Shown: positions 18,316 through 28,029 of the stretch, piece by piece
Position numbering within the stretch: the first letter of the stretch is position 1
Layout: each line of letters starts with the position of its first letter
Assembly: GCA_031285625.1 (NCBI GenBank)
Contig: JAITVV010000036.1
Location: forward strand, 1 to 64,000
Direction of reading: 5' to 3'
DNA: 64,000 nt
DNA from: Prevotella sp.
Lineage (GTDB): Bacteria > Bacteroidota > Bacteroidia > Bacteroidales > Dysgonomonadaceae
The notes under the pieces: model-generated
Told to the model about the DNA's origin: nothing
Databases searched by the model: none
The model's input: only the letters and a program-made list of their open reading frames with translations
Position numbers and translations under genes: made by a program

Positions 18316-18596
18316 AATAATAAGGTTTTTTTTATTTTTTTTTATTGCAAGGTATAATATTTAATTCTATTTTTGTTAGCTGAAATAAAAGAGATTATTT
18401 AATACCTTGTGGACACTTAAGATAGAAAAACTCCACACTTACAGATATATAGACCTTTGAATTTACAAGGATACTTTTTAGTACAAAAGTTATTATTATT
18501 GGAAAATAAAAATCTCATTCTAACGTTTAGTTTGATTGGAGGCGCGTACCAGAGTGCAATTTTAGGAACAAAATATAGATGAAACCAAAATAATAC

Positions 18597-18604
18597 TATA
18601 TTTG
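18597..18604 (+). promoter_or_regulatory. -7 promoter element for the exbB operon
   Basis: TATATTTG followed by the hairpin ATCCTAG..CTAGGGAT. Confidence 0.6.
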
Positions 18605-18720
18605 CATCCTAGATATTGTCACTAGGGATTTTTATGATTAATTAAATGAAGATTAATTTAAATACGAACGATATAAAATTTAAAAATTGATTCACTAAAC
18701 TTAAATTATTTATTATCATT

Positions 18721-19542
18721 ATGGAAACTAAAAAACAACAACCAAAACAAAAACCAAGATCAAAAGGCGTTTCAGCGTTTATAGTTGTTATTGGATGTGC
18801 GATCGTAGCTCATCTATTCTTCTATCTTGTTGCTGGAAATCCGGCTAATTTCGATGAGAAAGGTCACCCAATTAACGGTAATGTATTAGGAACATTATTC
18901 CAAGGAGGATTCGTAATTCCTATCGTAATCACATTATTACTTACAGTATTGGTTCTTTCAGTTGAAAGATTCTTTGCATTAAACAGAGCTAGCGGTAAAG
19001 GAAGTACTTCTAAATTTGTGATGAATGCAAAAGCTAAATTAGAAGCTGGTGATATTGCTGGTGCATCTAAGCTTTGTGATGATCAAAAAGGTTCAGTAGC
19101 TAACATCCTTAAAGCAGGTTTGATCAGATATTCAGATGTTGAAAAATTAACTGACATCCATAATGATGAAAAAGCTGCAATGATTCAAAAAGAGTTGGAA
19201 GAAGCTACTACTCTTGAATTACCATATCTACAACAAAACTTATCAGTTATCGCTACCATCTCTACACTAGGTACGTTGATGGGACTATTCGGAACGGTAC
19301 TAGGTATGATCAAATCGTTTAGCGCGATGGGACAAGAAGGTGCTCCGGATTCAACTGCTCTTGCGATTGGTATCTCTGAGGCACTTATGAATACAGCGAT
19401 GGGTATCGGTACTGGTGCTGTAGCTATCATTTCTTATGCTTATTTCTCTGGAAAAGTTGAAGATATTACTAACGCTGTTGACGAAGTAGGTTTCGCTATT
19501 GGCCAAACTTATACAACTCTTCACGGAGGTTTATCTAAATAA
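18721..19542 (+). CDS. exbB: MotA/TolQ/ExbB proton channel protein
   Basis: TLMGLFGTVLGMIKSF and GISEALMNTAMGI motifs. Confidence 0.95.
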   Translation: METKKQQPKQKPRSKGVSAFIVVIGCAIVAHLFFYLVAGNPANFDEKGHPINGNVLGTLFQGGFVIPIVITLLLTVLVLSVERFFALNRASGKGSTSKFVMNAKAKLEAGDIAGASKLCDDQKGSVANILKAGLIRYSDVEKLTDIHNDEKAAMIQKELEEATTLELPYLQQNLSVIATISTLGTLMGLFGTVLGMIKSFSAMGQEGAPDSTALAIGISEALMNTAMGIGTGAVAIISYAYFSGKVEDITNAVDEVGFAIGQTYTTLHGGLSK

Positions 19543-19612
19543 TTAACAATTTTTTTTAGACGAATTTGTGGAATTCATATGAAATTCCACTCTAATAAGT
19601 AAAAGTAAGAAA

Positions 19613-20224
19613 ATGGGAAAGACAAAAGTAAAAAAACAAAGTACATTCATCGACATGACGGCGATGAGTGACGTTACTGTACTCTTGCTCACATTCTTCA
19701 TGCTTACAGCAACTTTCTTACCTAAAGAGCCGGTGCAGGTAATGACACCGCAATCGGTATCGGAGGTGAAAGTGCCAGACTATAATGTGTTGAATATATT
19801 GATAGACCCGAATGGAAAGGTGTTCTTAAATATAGACAGACCAGAAAATAAGAAAGCAGTGTTGGAGCTGATGGGCCAGGACTACGGCATCACATTTACA
19901 GATAAGCAGATCAGAGCATTCATAGAACAATCACACATTGGTGTGCCTATGAACAGAATGGCTGCATTCTTAGATATGCCGTTGAGCAGCCAGGATAGTG
20001 AGATAAAAAATTGGGGTGTGCCTTCCGATAGTGTGAACGATCAGTTCTCACGTTGGGTAAAGCATGCGCGTGAAATAGGAGGTGAAAGTATGGGAATCGC
20101 CATCAAAGCAGACCAGACTACAGCTTACCCGCTAGTGGATAAGATTATGAAAAGTCTGGTGAAGATGAAAGAGAACCGCTATAGCCTCGTTACATCTCTA
20201 AGGGGAATGCCGGAAGGCGTATAA
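19613..20224 (+). CDS. exbD: ExbD/TolR family protein
   Basis: IDMTAMSDVTVLLLTFFML and IKAD motifs. Confidence 0.93.
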   Translation: MGKTKVKKQSTFIDMTAMSDVTVLLLTFFMLTATFLPKEPVQVMTPQSVSEVKVPDYNVLNILIDPNGKVFLNIDRPENKKAVLELMGQDYGITFTDKQIRAFIEQSHIGVPMNRMAAFLDMPLSSQDSEIKNWGVPSDSVNDQFSRWVKHAREIGGESMGIAIKADQTTAYPLVDKIMKSLVKMKENRYSLVTSLRGMPEGV

Positions 20225-20260
20225 AAATCATGATTTAAACGTTTAAAAGAAAGAAAAATT

Positions 20261-20923
20261 ATGGCAGAAGTACAACAGTCCGGTGGTGGAGAAGAGAAAA
20301 AAGGTAAACCCAAGAAACAGACCCTAAGGGTAGACTTTACTCCGATGGTGGATATGAACATGCTCTTGATAACATTCTTCATGTTCTGTACAACATTGAG
20401 TAAACCGCAAATCATGGATATTGCGATGCCTACCGACGCTAAATTGAACGAAGAGGATGAAGTAAAAGTAAAGGAATCCAAAGCTATTACATTGATTTTA
20501 GGTGAGGATAACAAAGTATACTACTATGCAGGTATGCCTGATTATGCAGATTATACTTCCTTGAAAGAAACGAATTATTCCCCTGACGGTCTTCGCAAAA
20601 TATTGTTGGAACGTAATGCTCCTATCGCTGAAAAGATGAAAGAGCTGAGACATGAAAAATTTGTAACCAACAAGAAGATGTCGGAAGAAGAATTTAAAAC
20701 AAGATCGAAAGAAATAAAGGATGACAAAGATGGACAGGTTGTAGTAATCAAACCTACATCTGAATCAAACTATAAAAATCTTGTTGATGCTCTGGATGAA
20801 ATGCAGATTTGCAGTATTGCTAAATATGCAATTGTGGATATGACAGACGGAGATCAGTTTTTGATCGAAAATCTGAAATCAAAAGGGGCGTATGGGGCTA
20901 GTGCCGCACCACCGAAGAATTAA
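20261..20923 (+). CDS. exbD: ExbD/TolR family protein (second copy)
   Basis: VDFTPMVDMNMLLITFFMF and YKNLVDALDEM motifs. Confidence 0.93.
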   Translation: MAEVQQSGGGEEKKGKPKKQTLRVDFTPMVDMNMLLITFFMFCTTLSKPQIMDIAMPTDAKLNEEDEVKVKESKAITLILGEDNKVYYYAGMPDYADYTSLKETNYSPDGLRKILLERNAPIAEKMKELRHEKFVTNKKMSEEEFKTRSKEIKDDKDGQVVVIKPTSESNYKNLVDALDEMQICSIAKYAIVDMTDGDQFLIENLKSKGAYGASAAPPKN

Positions 20924-20949
20924 TCACATTACAAGAAAAGGAGTAAATT

Positions 20950-21783
20950 ATGTCAAAAGATATCAAACTAAATTCCTCTGAATGGTGTGATGTAGTTTTT
21001 GAAGGTAAGAATAAAAATTATGGTGCTTACAAGCTACGTCAATCATCATCAAAGAGACATATTGTCGCATTCCTTGTAGTCCTTGTTTTTGCAGCATTTG
21101 TGTCAGCTTTGCCAGGCTTGGTTAGTGTGGTGAAGAACTTGACTCAAAGCCAATCAGGACCGATGGAGGAAACATTTGAACTTTCTAATATTCCGGTAGA
21201 ACAAGAAATTCCGGAAGAGAATAAGATCAAGCAGGAAACTGCACCTCCGCCTCCACCGTTGAAAACAACTGTGAAGTTCGTTCCTCCTAAGATTGCAAAG
21301 GACGAAGATGTACGTGACGATCAGGAAATGAAAGCTCAGGATGAGGTTTTAGAAACTAAAATTCAGATTTCTGTAGCCGATGTAAAAGGAACAAGCGATA
21401 AAGGTGTTGACATTGCAGAGTTGAGAGAACACAAAGTAATTGTGGAAGAAAAACCTGTAGAAGAAAAACCTTTCGTTACTGTAGAACAGATGCCTACCTT
21501 CCCTGGTGGGGAAATGGAAATGCAGAAATATATCGCTAACAACCTGAAATATCCGGTAGTTGCTCAGGAGTCAGGCATACAAGGACGTGTTACAGTACGT
21601 TTCGTTGTATCCAAGACCGGAGCTATCGAGAATGTTACAGTTATCCGCGGTATCGACCCTTCTTGCGACAAAGAAGCTATAAGGGTAGTAAAATCGATGC
21701 CTAAATGGGTTCCTGGAAAACAGAACGGGTTGAATGTACCAGTGTACTTTACTCTTCCGATCGTATTCCGTTTGAAACAGTAA
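20950..21783 (+). CDS. tonB: Energy transducer TonB
   Basis: NKNYGAYKLR, TM helix, PPPPPP linker, TonB_C (EQMPTFPGG..LKYP..IQGRV..WVPGKQNG). Confidence 0.95.
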   Translation: MSKDIKLNSSEWCDVVFEGKNKNYGAYKLRQSSSKRHIVAFLVVLVFAAFVSALPGLVSVVKNLTQSQSGPMEETFELSNIPVEQEIPEENKIKQETAPPPPPLKTTVKFVPPKIAKDEDVRDDQEMKAQDEVLETKIQISVADVKGTSDKGVDIAELREHKVIVEEKPVEEKPFVTVEQMPTFPGGEMEMQKYIANNLKYPVVAQESGIQGRVTVRFVVSKTGAIENVTVIRGIDPSCDKEAIRVVKSMPKWVPGKQNGLNVPVYFTLPIVFRLKQ

Positions 21784-21833
21784 ATACACTTCTTTGAGAT
21801 TTTTGTTATAAAAATTGCAAATAAGATTTTAGT

Positions 21834-21877
21834 AAAAGAAGAGAAGTTGGACCATAAAAATCATCTTCTCTTCTTTT
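21834..21877 (+). terminator. Hairpin/terminator after tonB
   Basis: AAAAGAAGAGAAG ... CTTCTCTTCTTTT. Confidence 0.55.
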
Positions 21878-21897
21878 TCCAATAATATAGGATAAGT

Positions 21898-22092
21898 ATG
21901 AAAGAAGGAAAAAAGTTTTCGCCGAAAACAGCGTTTGGTATTTTTATGGTATTGTTTTACCTGTGTTTAGCCATAATGATGGTATTTACACCTATATTTG
22001 AAGGTATAAATTGGATACTGCGTGTCATCATGGGAATATTACTGTTTCTATATGGCATATTTAGAGGTTATCGTGCCTGGAGGGAACTTTAA
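21898..22092 (+). CDS. Small two-TM membrane protein
   Basis: 64 aa, two hydrophobic helices, C-terminal YGIFRGYR; in the operon between tonB and the PstS-like gene. Confidence 0.75.
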   Translation: MKEGKKFSPKTAFGIFMVLFYLCLAIMMVFTPIFEGINWILRVIMGILLFLYGIFRGYRAWREL

Positions 22093-22111
22093 TAGAGAAT
22101 TATCCTAAAAA

Positions 22112-23101
22112 ATGTACATTATGAAAAATCTAAGTCTTATTTTATGCATATCTCTTCTTTTTGTCACATTTTCGTGCGACAGAAAAAGAGTTACACGAAC
22201 AGATACACCCACAAGTGGTATTGCTGAGATAGCAGTGGATGAATGCTTTGCTCCCATTATACAAGAGCAAGTCGATGTATTTAGTGCAATGAATAATGAA
22301 GCATTGATTATTCCGATATTTACAAGCGAAAATGAAGCTTTCGATCTATTTATGAAAGATAGCTTACGGGTAATTGTAGCTTCACGGGAATTGACACCAA
22401 ATGAAAAGCAAATAATAAAAGAACGTGATCAGGTGCCTCGTACTCAAAAGATAGCTATCGATGGAATAGCTCTCATTGTGAATAAAGCGAATATGGATAC
22501 TCTGATAACGGTATCAGATATAAAAAACATAATGACAGGCAAGATACGGAATTGGAAAGAGATTAATCCTAAATCCAATCTTGGAGAAATTGCAGTGACT
22601 TTTGATAGTCCCAATTCAAGCACTGTCAGATTTATTAGAGATTCAATATGCGGAGGTGCATCCCTGGGTGATCATCTTAAAGCCCGGGCAGCCGACAGTA
22701 CCAAAACTATAGATTTGGCAGACCGCACACCAAATCAACAGGTGATAGATTATGTTGCCGCTACCCCTAATGCATTAGGCGTAATTGGTGTAAATTGGAT
22801 CAGTAATCCGTCGGACCCCAAAAACTTAAGTTTTATTAACAGTATAAATGTTATGTCGGTAAGTGCTGCCGAAAAGGCTACAGAAGAGGATAGTTTTAAA
22901 CCTTTTGCCGCATATCTGGTCTTAAAAAAGTATCCGTTAACAAGAGATATTTTTATAATTATTACAGATGTAAAAGGTGGATTACCTTCAGGTTTTGTTA
23001 ACTTTGCAGCTGGGGAAAAGGGACAACGAATAATTCTTAAGGCTGGTCTTTATCCTGCAAATGTTCCTACCAGGCTGGTGAGAGCAAATCCTACTCTCTA
23101 G
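22112..23101 (+). CDS. PstS-like periplasmic binding-fold lipoprotein
   Basis: Lipobox TFSC; ASREL, IAIDGIALIVN, SSTVR, YPLTR and GQRII motifs; the start may be 22121. Confidence 0.85.
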   Translation: MYIMKNLSLILCISLLFVTFSCDRKRVTRTDTPTSGIAEIAVDECFAPIIQEQVDVFSAMNNEALIIPIFTSENEAFDLFMKDSLRVIVASRELTPNEKQIIKERDQVPRTQKIAIDGIALIVNKANMDTLITVSDIKNIMTGKIRNWKEINPKSNLGEIAVTFDSPNSSTVRFIRDSICGGASLGDHLKARAADSTKTIDLADRTPNQQVIDYVAATPNALGVIGVNWISNPSDPKNLSFINSINVMSVSAAEKATEEDSFKPFAAYLVLKKYPLTRDIFIIITDVKGGLPSGFVNFAAGEKGQRIILKAGLYPANVPTRLVRANPTL

Positions 23102-23145
23102 GAGCAACTATATAAAAAATAATTATTAATGTAAATATAGTAGAA

Positions 23146-24795
23146 ATGAAAATGAAGTATTTTATAGGCGCATTACTGAGCTTCGCAATCAGCGTATCAG
23201 CATTTGCGCAAAATAGTCCGGGGGCTGATTACCTGAGCCTAGGCGAAACAAAACTAGCGAAAGAGTATTTTACAAAAAATGTTGGACAATCTCCTGAGGA
23301 ATCTCATTTTTATTTGGGTGAAATTGCATTTCAGGAAGGCAATATGGCTGAGGCTAAATCTCAGTATGGTCAAAGCGCATCTGCTAATCCGGAATTAGGA
23401 CTTGGCGCAGTAGGTCTGGCTAAGTTAGAATTGAAATCAAATCCGAAAGTGGGTGAAGATCAACTCAAAGAAGTGCAAAAGAAGAATAAAAAGAATGTAA
23501 CCGTTCTTTTGGCTATCGCAAAAGCTTATTCTGATAACGGAATGAAAGATAAAGCCTTGAATGTTATCGCTGAGGCTAAGAAAGCAGATAAAAAGAATCC
23601 TTATATTTATATACTCGAAGGAGATATGTTAGCGAAAGAAAATAACCCTGGCGGAGCTGCCGGACAATATGATCAAGCTATCAATTTCGATCCAAACTGT
23701 GTATTAGCGTATATGAAAGGTGCTAAAGTTTACGAATACATAAATCGTAATACAGCTGCTGATATGTTGAAAAAAGCAATAGCAATCAAACCTGAGTATA
23801 AAATAGCAAATAAAGACCTTGCTGATCTGTATTACAGAGATGGTTTCTATCCGGAAGCTATTGCTGCATACAAAGAGTTTTTTGCAGGTGGTGACTATAC
23901 TATCGATGATATTACCCGTTATGCTGCTTCCGAATATTTTACAAAAGGATATGCCGAAGCTAAAAAAGTAATGGCACAAGGCCTTAGCCGCGAACCAAAC
24001 AATTTTGTATTGAACCGTTTGTTGATGTATACCGAAAATGATACTAAGAATTATGAAGCAGGATTAGCTGCAGGTGAAAAGTTCTTCTCTTTACCATTGC
24101 CGTCGGATACAGCAAAATATCTGGTTTCGGATTACATGTCATATGCAAATATCTTATCTGAAACAGGTAATAAAGAAAAAGCTATTGATCAATATAAGAA
24201 AGCTATCGAACTAGATCCAAGCAAAGTTAGCCTGTTTAAAGATATGGCTACAACTTATGCCAAAGATGGTCAGTATGTTGAAGCTGCAGAGATTTATAAA
24301 AAATATCTGGAAACTTTAGGCGAAAAAGCTGATGCTACAGATTATTACCAGTTAGGAGGTTATTACCTGTCAGCTGGTGCTAATGTAGATTCAGATACGA
24401 CTCTAAGCAAAGAAGAAGTAAAAGCAAAAGCTGCGCCATTCTATAAGGAAGCCGATGCTGCATATGCTATCGTTGCCGAACGTAAACCTGAAAGCTATCT
24501 CGGATATTATCAAAGAGCGCGTACTAACTATCAGTTAGATCCGGATTCGGAGCTTGGCTTAGCTAAACCTTTCTATGAGCAAACTATTACTGCTCTTTTA
24601 GCTGATCCGGAACCTAATAACAAGATTTTGATAGAAGCTTATAGCTATTTAAGCTACTATTATTATCTGCAGTTCGAAAAGAGTAAAAAAGCAGATGATA
24701 AATCCAGTGTGAAACTTTATGCAGAAAAGATTCTTGAACTGGATCCGGAAAATGCAAACGGAAAAGCATTATTTGAATTTGCTAGCGGTAAATAA
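23146..24795 (+). CDS. Secreted tetratricopeptide repeat protein
   Basis: Signal peptide and many TPRs (e.g. AIDQYKKAIELDP). Confidence 0.9.
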   Translation: MKMKYFIGALLSFAISVSAFAQNSPGADYLSLGETKLAKEYFTKNVGQSPEESHFYLGEIAFQEGNMAEAKSQYGQSASANPELGLGAVGLAKLELKSNPKVGEDQLKEVQKKNKKNVTVLLAIAKAYSDNGMKDKALNVIAEAKKADKKNPYIYILEGDMLAKENNPGGAAGQYDQAINFDPNCVLAYMKGAKVYEYINRNTAADMLKKAIAIKPEYKIANKDLADLYYRDGFYPEAIAAYKEFFAGGDYTIDDITRYAASEYFTKGYAEAKKVMAQGLSREPNNFVLNRLLMYTENDTKNYEAGLAAGEKFFSLPLPSDTAKYLVSDYMSYANILSETGNKEKAIDQYKKAIELDPSKVSLFKDMATTYAKDGQYVEAAEIYKKYLETLGEKADATDYYQLGGYYLSAGANVDSDTTLSKEEVKAKAAPFYKEADAAYAIVAERKPESYLGYYQRARTNYQLDPDSELGLAKPFYEQTITALLADPEPNNKILIEAYSYLSYYYYLQFEKSKKADDKSSVKLYAEKILELDPENANGKALFEFASGK

Positions 24796-24813
24796 TTGAC
24801 CTTACATAATGAG

Positions 24814-24849
24814 AATAACCCATATCAAATTGATATGGGTTATTTTTTT
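24814..24849 (+). terminator. Intrinsic terminator
   Basis: AATAACCCATATCA-AAT-TGATATGGGTTATT followed by a T tract. Confidence 0.9.
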
Positions 24850-24882
24850 GTATATAACGATTTTAAAATGCAGAAAAAGATG

Positions 24883-24890
24883 TATCTTTG
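24883..24890 (+). promoter_or_regulatory. -7 promoter element for metK
   Basis: TATCTTTG. Confidence 0.65.
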
Positions 24891-24901
24891 CATCCAATTA
24901 A

Positions 24902-24946
24902 GTGGATAGATTTGTATTGATTGCAACCACATGAAAAAATGCTAAA
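24902..24946 (+). ncRNA. SAM-II class riboswitch (candidate)
   Basis: GTGG-ATA-GATTTG-TATTGA-TTGCA-A-CCAC-ATGAAAAAAT-GCTAAA follows the SAM-II pattern (P1 GUGG/CCAC, GAUUU, UUGCA, A-rich linker, GCUAAA); directly upstream of metK. Confidence 0.75.
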
Positions 24947-25011
24947 CCATTTTCTACACTGCTGCATAATACATCTCTTCCTGTTTGTTTTACAGTAAAA
25001 ATAATTATATA

Positions 25012-26280
25012 ATGAGTTATTTATTTACATCTGAATCTGTTTCAGAAGGACATCCTGATAAAGTAGCTGACCAGATATCAGACTCTTTATTGGATGAATT
25101 TTTGGCTTATGATGCCAATTCGAAAGTGGCATGCGAAACATTGGTTACTACTGGTCAGGTAGTACTGGCTGGAGAAGTAAAATCGAAGGCGTATATCGAT
25201 ATTCCGGAAACAGCACGCAAGGTCATCGAAAATATTGGTTATACCAAGAGTGAATACCAGTTTGAAGCTCAGTCTTGCGGCGTCTTTTCTGCAATACATG
25301 AGCAATCGGATGATATCAACAGGGGAGTTGACGGTAAAATAGATCCGATGGATCAGGGAGCCGGAGATCAGGGTATGATGTTTGGATATGCAACTAATGA
25401 GACTGATAACTATATGCCTTTAGCATTAGACCTGTCGCATGCATTATTGCAGGAGTTGGCTGCTATTCGTAAGAATGAATTGTCTTTAATGCCATATCTT
25501 CGCCCAGATGCTAAATCCCAGGTAACTATCGAATACGATGATAATGGTACCCCGTTACGTATTGATACAATTGTTATTTCTACACAGCACGATGATTTTG
25601 CTGATGATGCAACCATGCAATCCCGCATTAAGAAAGATGTGATTGAAATTCTGATTCCCCGCGTGAAGAATAAGTATAAATTCAGAGAAGATATCACAAA
25701 ATTGTTTACAAGTGATATCACATATCATGTAAATCCTACAGGACGCTTTGTTATCGGTGGACCTCATGGTGATACTGGTCTTACAGGCCGTAAGATTATA
25801 GTAGATACTTATGGTGGTAAGGGTGCCCATGGGGGAGGTGCTTTCTCTGGAAAAGACCCTTCAAAGGTTGACCGCTCTGCAGCTTATGCTGCACGTCACA
25901 TAGCAAAAAACCTAGTAGCAGCAGGTGTTTCACCTGAAATACTGGTACAGGTGTCGTATGCTATCGGAGTTGCCAAACCAATGAATATATACGTGAATAC
26001 ATATGGTAAAAGCAATGTAAATATGTCGGATGGAGAAGTAGCCAAAAAAGTTGAAAAGATCTTTGATATGAGACCGAAGGCTATCGAAGAACGTCTGAAA
26101 CTAAGAAATCCTATCTATGCAGAAACAGCTGCATACGGACATATGGGACGTAATCCGGAAGTAGTGAAAAAGCATTTCAAATCACGCTATAATCCTGAAG
26201 GAATCACCCGTGAGGTAGAATTGTTTACATGGGAAAAGCTGGATTATGTGGATACTCTTAAAAAAGAATTCAATCTGTAA
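25012..26280 (+). CDS. metK: S-adenosylmethionine synthetase
   Basis: [19 protein letters not shown] and [16 protein letters not shown] motifs; start at ATG 25012. Confidence 0.98.
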   Translation: MSYLFTSESVSEGHPDKVADQISDSLLDEFLAYDANSKVACETLVTTGQVVLAGEVKSKAYIDIPETARKVIENIGYTKSEYQFEAQSCGVFSAIHEQSDDINRGVDGKIDPMDQGAGDQGMMFGYATNETDNYMPLALDLSHALLQELAAIRKNELSLMPYLRPDAKSQVTIEYDDNGTPLRIDTIVISTQHDDFADDATMQSRIKKDVIEILIPRVKNKYKFREDITKLFTSDITYHVNPTGRFVIGGPHGDTGLTGRKIIVDTYGGKGAHGGGAFSGKDPSKVDRSAAYAARHIAKNLVAAGVSPEILVQVSYAIGVAKPMNIYVNTYGKSNVNMSDGEVAKKVEKIFDMRPKAIEERLKLRNPIYAETAAYGHMGRNPEVVKKHFKSRYNPEGITREVELFTWEKLDYVDTLKKEFNL

Positions 26281-26289
26281 TATATAATG

Positions 26290-26323
26290 ATACATATCCG
26301 GTGTAATGCCGGATATGTATTTC
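26290..26323 (+). terminator. Hairpin/terminator after metK
   Basis: ATACATATCCGG-TGTAATG-CCGGATATGTAT. Confidence 0.7.
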
Positions 26324-26331
26324 TCTAAAGA

Positions 26332-27219
26332 ATGGTTATTTTGATTAAAGACTCCATATCATCTGTTAGTATTGTTGTAAAGGATACTATCCAACAGGAT
26401 TCTCTACAACAAGCTTTTCCTTTCGATCCAATCGAAGGTGAACTGGTTGATGTGGCACGTCAGCATATGTTGGATACATCCACAAGTAAGGATGAATCTG
26501 ACTTATTGAGATATCAGGGAAACCCCCTTCCATTCAATCTGGAGCAAACTGATGGTATATTTTGTCTGCTTTTGATCTGTGTGCTCTTCTTTGCCTATAT
26601 ATATAGGGGTGGAATATCATTTCTGAAAGAAAATCTGACATTTTTGTTTTCTCCTCAGAAAGCATCCCGTACATATGGTTTGGCCACAGTAAAGGAAATG
26701 GTATATAGCTATTTTCTTGTTTTCCAATTTGTTGTGTTGGTGTCCGTATGCGTCTATGATGTGATTATAGAATACGAAACTCCCGGGTATAGCAATGGCA
26801 GGCCTTTGACTACTATTTTGTCTTATATAGTTCTTATAGCACTTTTCTTAGGGGTAAAGGATATGATATATAAAATTATTGGCTATATATTCGACTTTCA
26901 AAAAACAATCAGCCTGTGGCGTAGAACGTATATGGTATCTGTGGAGATTTTGGGTATCTTGTACTTTATTCCTACACTATTGCTTATATACTCAAGTTAT
27001 TACCATACCCAGATATTAGTATTTATGCTGATATTATTTCTTTTGGTTCAAATAATACTTTTTTACCAAATAATAGTCTTTTTTATCAATCAAAAATTTA
27101 ACTTTTTGTATTTGATTGCCTACCTTTGCACCTTTGAAATATTACCATATATATTTTTATCAACAGGATTGATTTATTTATATAGAACTGACGTTTTTAA
27201 CATACTATTATGGCCTTGA
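26332..27219 (+). CDS. DUF4271-like membrane protein
   Basis: Multiple TM helices; C-terminal YLIAYLCTFEILP; directly upstream of hemD. Confidence 0.8.
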   Translation: MVILIKDSISSVSIVVKDTIQQDSLQQAFPFDPIEGELVDVARQHMLDTSTSKDESDLLRYQGNPLPFNLEQTDGIFCLLLICVLFFAYIYRGGISFLKENLTFLFSPQKASRTYGLATVKEMVYSYFLVFQFVVLVSVCVYDVIIEYETPGYSNGRPLTTILSYIVLIALFLGVKDMIYKIIGYIFDFQKTISLWRRTYMVSVEILGILYFIPTLLLIYSSYYHTQILVFMLILFLLVQIILFYQIIVFFINQKFNFLYLIAYLCTFEILPYIFLSTGLIYLYRTDVFNILLWP

Positions 27220-27968
27220 AAGTAAAAAAGATTTTGATTTCGCAGCCTGCTCCGTCAACGGAGAAATCGCCCTATTTTGATATTGCAGAAAAATATCATT
27301 TGCATATGGATTTTCGTCCTTTTATTAGGGTAGAAGGGCTTGATGCTAAAGAATTCAGACAACAACGGATTAATATACAAGACTATACAGCCATTGTATT
27401 TACAGCAAAAGTGGCTATCGATCACTTTTTCTCATTATGCGAAGAGCTTAGGATAACAATGCCTGAAACAATGAAATATTTCTGTATTTCAGAAGCTGTG
27501 GCTTTATATCTTCAAAAATATATTGTATACAGAAAACGTAAAATATTTTTCAGTATCACAGGCAAGATGGATGGACTGTCTACAGCACTGACTAAACATA
27601 ATAAAGAAAAATTTATTGTTCCTGTATCTGATGTGCATACAGAAGATCTTACAGCTGTGTTGGACGAGAAAAAAGTAGACTATACAAAATCTGTTATGTA
27701 CAGAACTGTGAGTAATGATATAACCGAGGCTGAGATTTTATCATATGATATGCTTATATTTTTCAGTCCTTCAGGAATTGTTTCACTGTTTAAGAACGCA
27801 CCTAATTTCGAGCAAGGTGACCATGTAATAGGTTGTTTTGGTGCTTCCACAGCTAAAGCTGTTCGTGATGCAGGTCTTAGACTGGATTGCGAAGCTCCGT
27901 TGCCGGGTGTGCCTTCAATGACGGCGGCATTGGAAGCTTTTATAAAAGAGAATCATAAAGCTAAATAA
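27210..27968 (+). CDS. hemD: Uroporphyrinogen-III synthase (Bacteroidetes HemD family)
   Basis: KKILISQPAP..KSPY, YLQKYIVYRKRKIFF, MYRTV and FFSPSG motifs. Confidence 0.88.
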   Translation: MALKVKKILISQPAPSTEKSPYFDIAEKYHLHMDFRPFIRVEGLDAKEFRQQRINIQDYTAIVFTAKVAIDHFFSLCEELRITMPETMKYFCISEAVALYLQKYIVYRKRKIFFSITGKMDGLSTALTKHNKEKFIVPVSDVHTEDLTAVLDEKKVDYTKSVMYRTVSNDITEAEILSYDMLIFFSPSGIVSLFKNAPNFEQGDHVIGCFGASTAKAVRDAGLRLDCEAPLPGVPSMTAALEAFIKENHKAK

Positions 27969-27986
27969 CTACTTAGATATTGATGG

Positions 27987-28017
27987 AAAAGCTTAACATA
28001 CATGTTAAGCTTTTTTT
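27987..28017 (+). terminator. Intrinsic terminator
   Basis: AAAAGCTTAACAT-AC-ATGTTAAGCTTTTTTT. Confidence 0.85.
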
Positions 28018-28029
28018 ATAGGGTAAAAA

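Noticed and set aside
18348-18409. CAAGGTAT/ATACCTTG hairpin as a fifth copy of the TCAATGCC element
   Set aside because: The arms are in the opposite order and no interior block is shared; more likely the ask terminator region
18530-18560. Sigma-54 (-24/-12) promoter or an intact tRNA
   Set aside because: The GG-N10-GC spacing is not met on either strand and no cloverleaf can be built
19568-19590. Palindrome between exbB and exbD
   Set aside because: Short intra-operon stem (GTGGAATT..AATTCCAC) without a U tract; probably an ordinary stabilising hairpin
22112-23101. Calling the gene pstS of a phosphate ABC transporter
   Set aside because: No pstC/pstA/pstB nearby; only the fold-level assignment is supported
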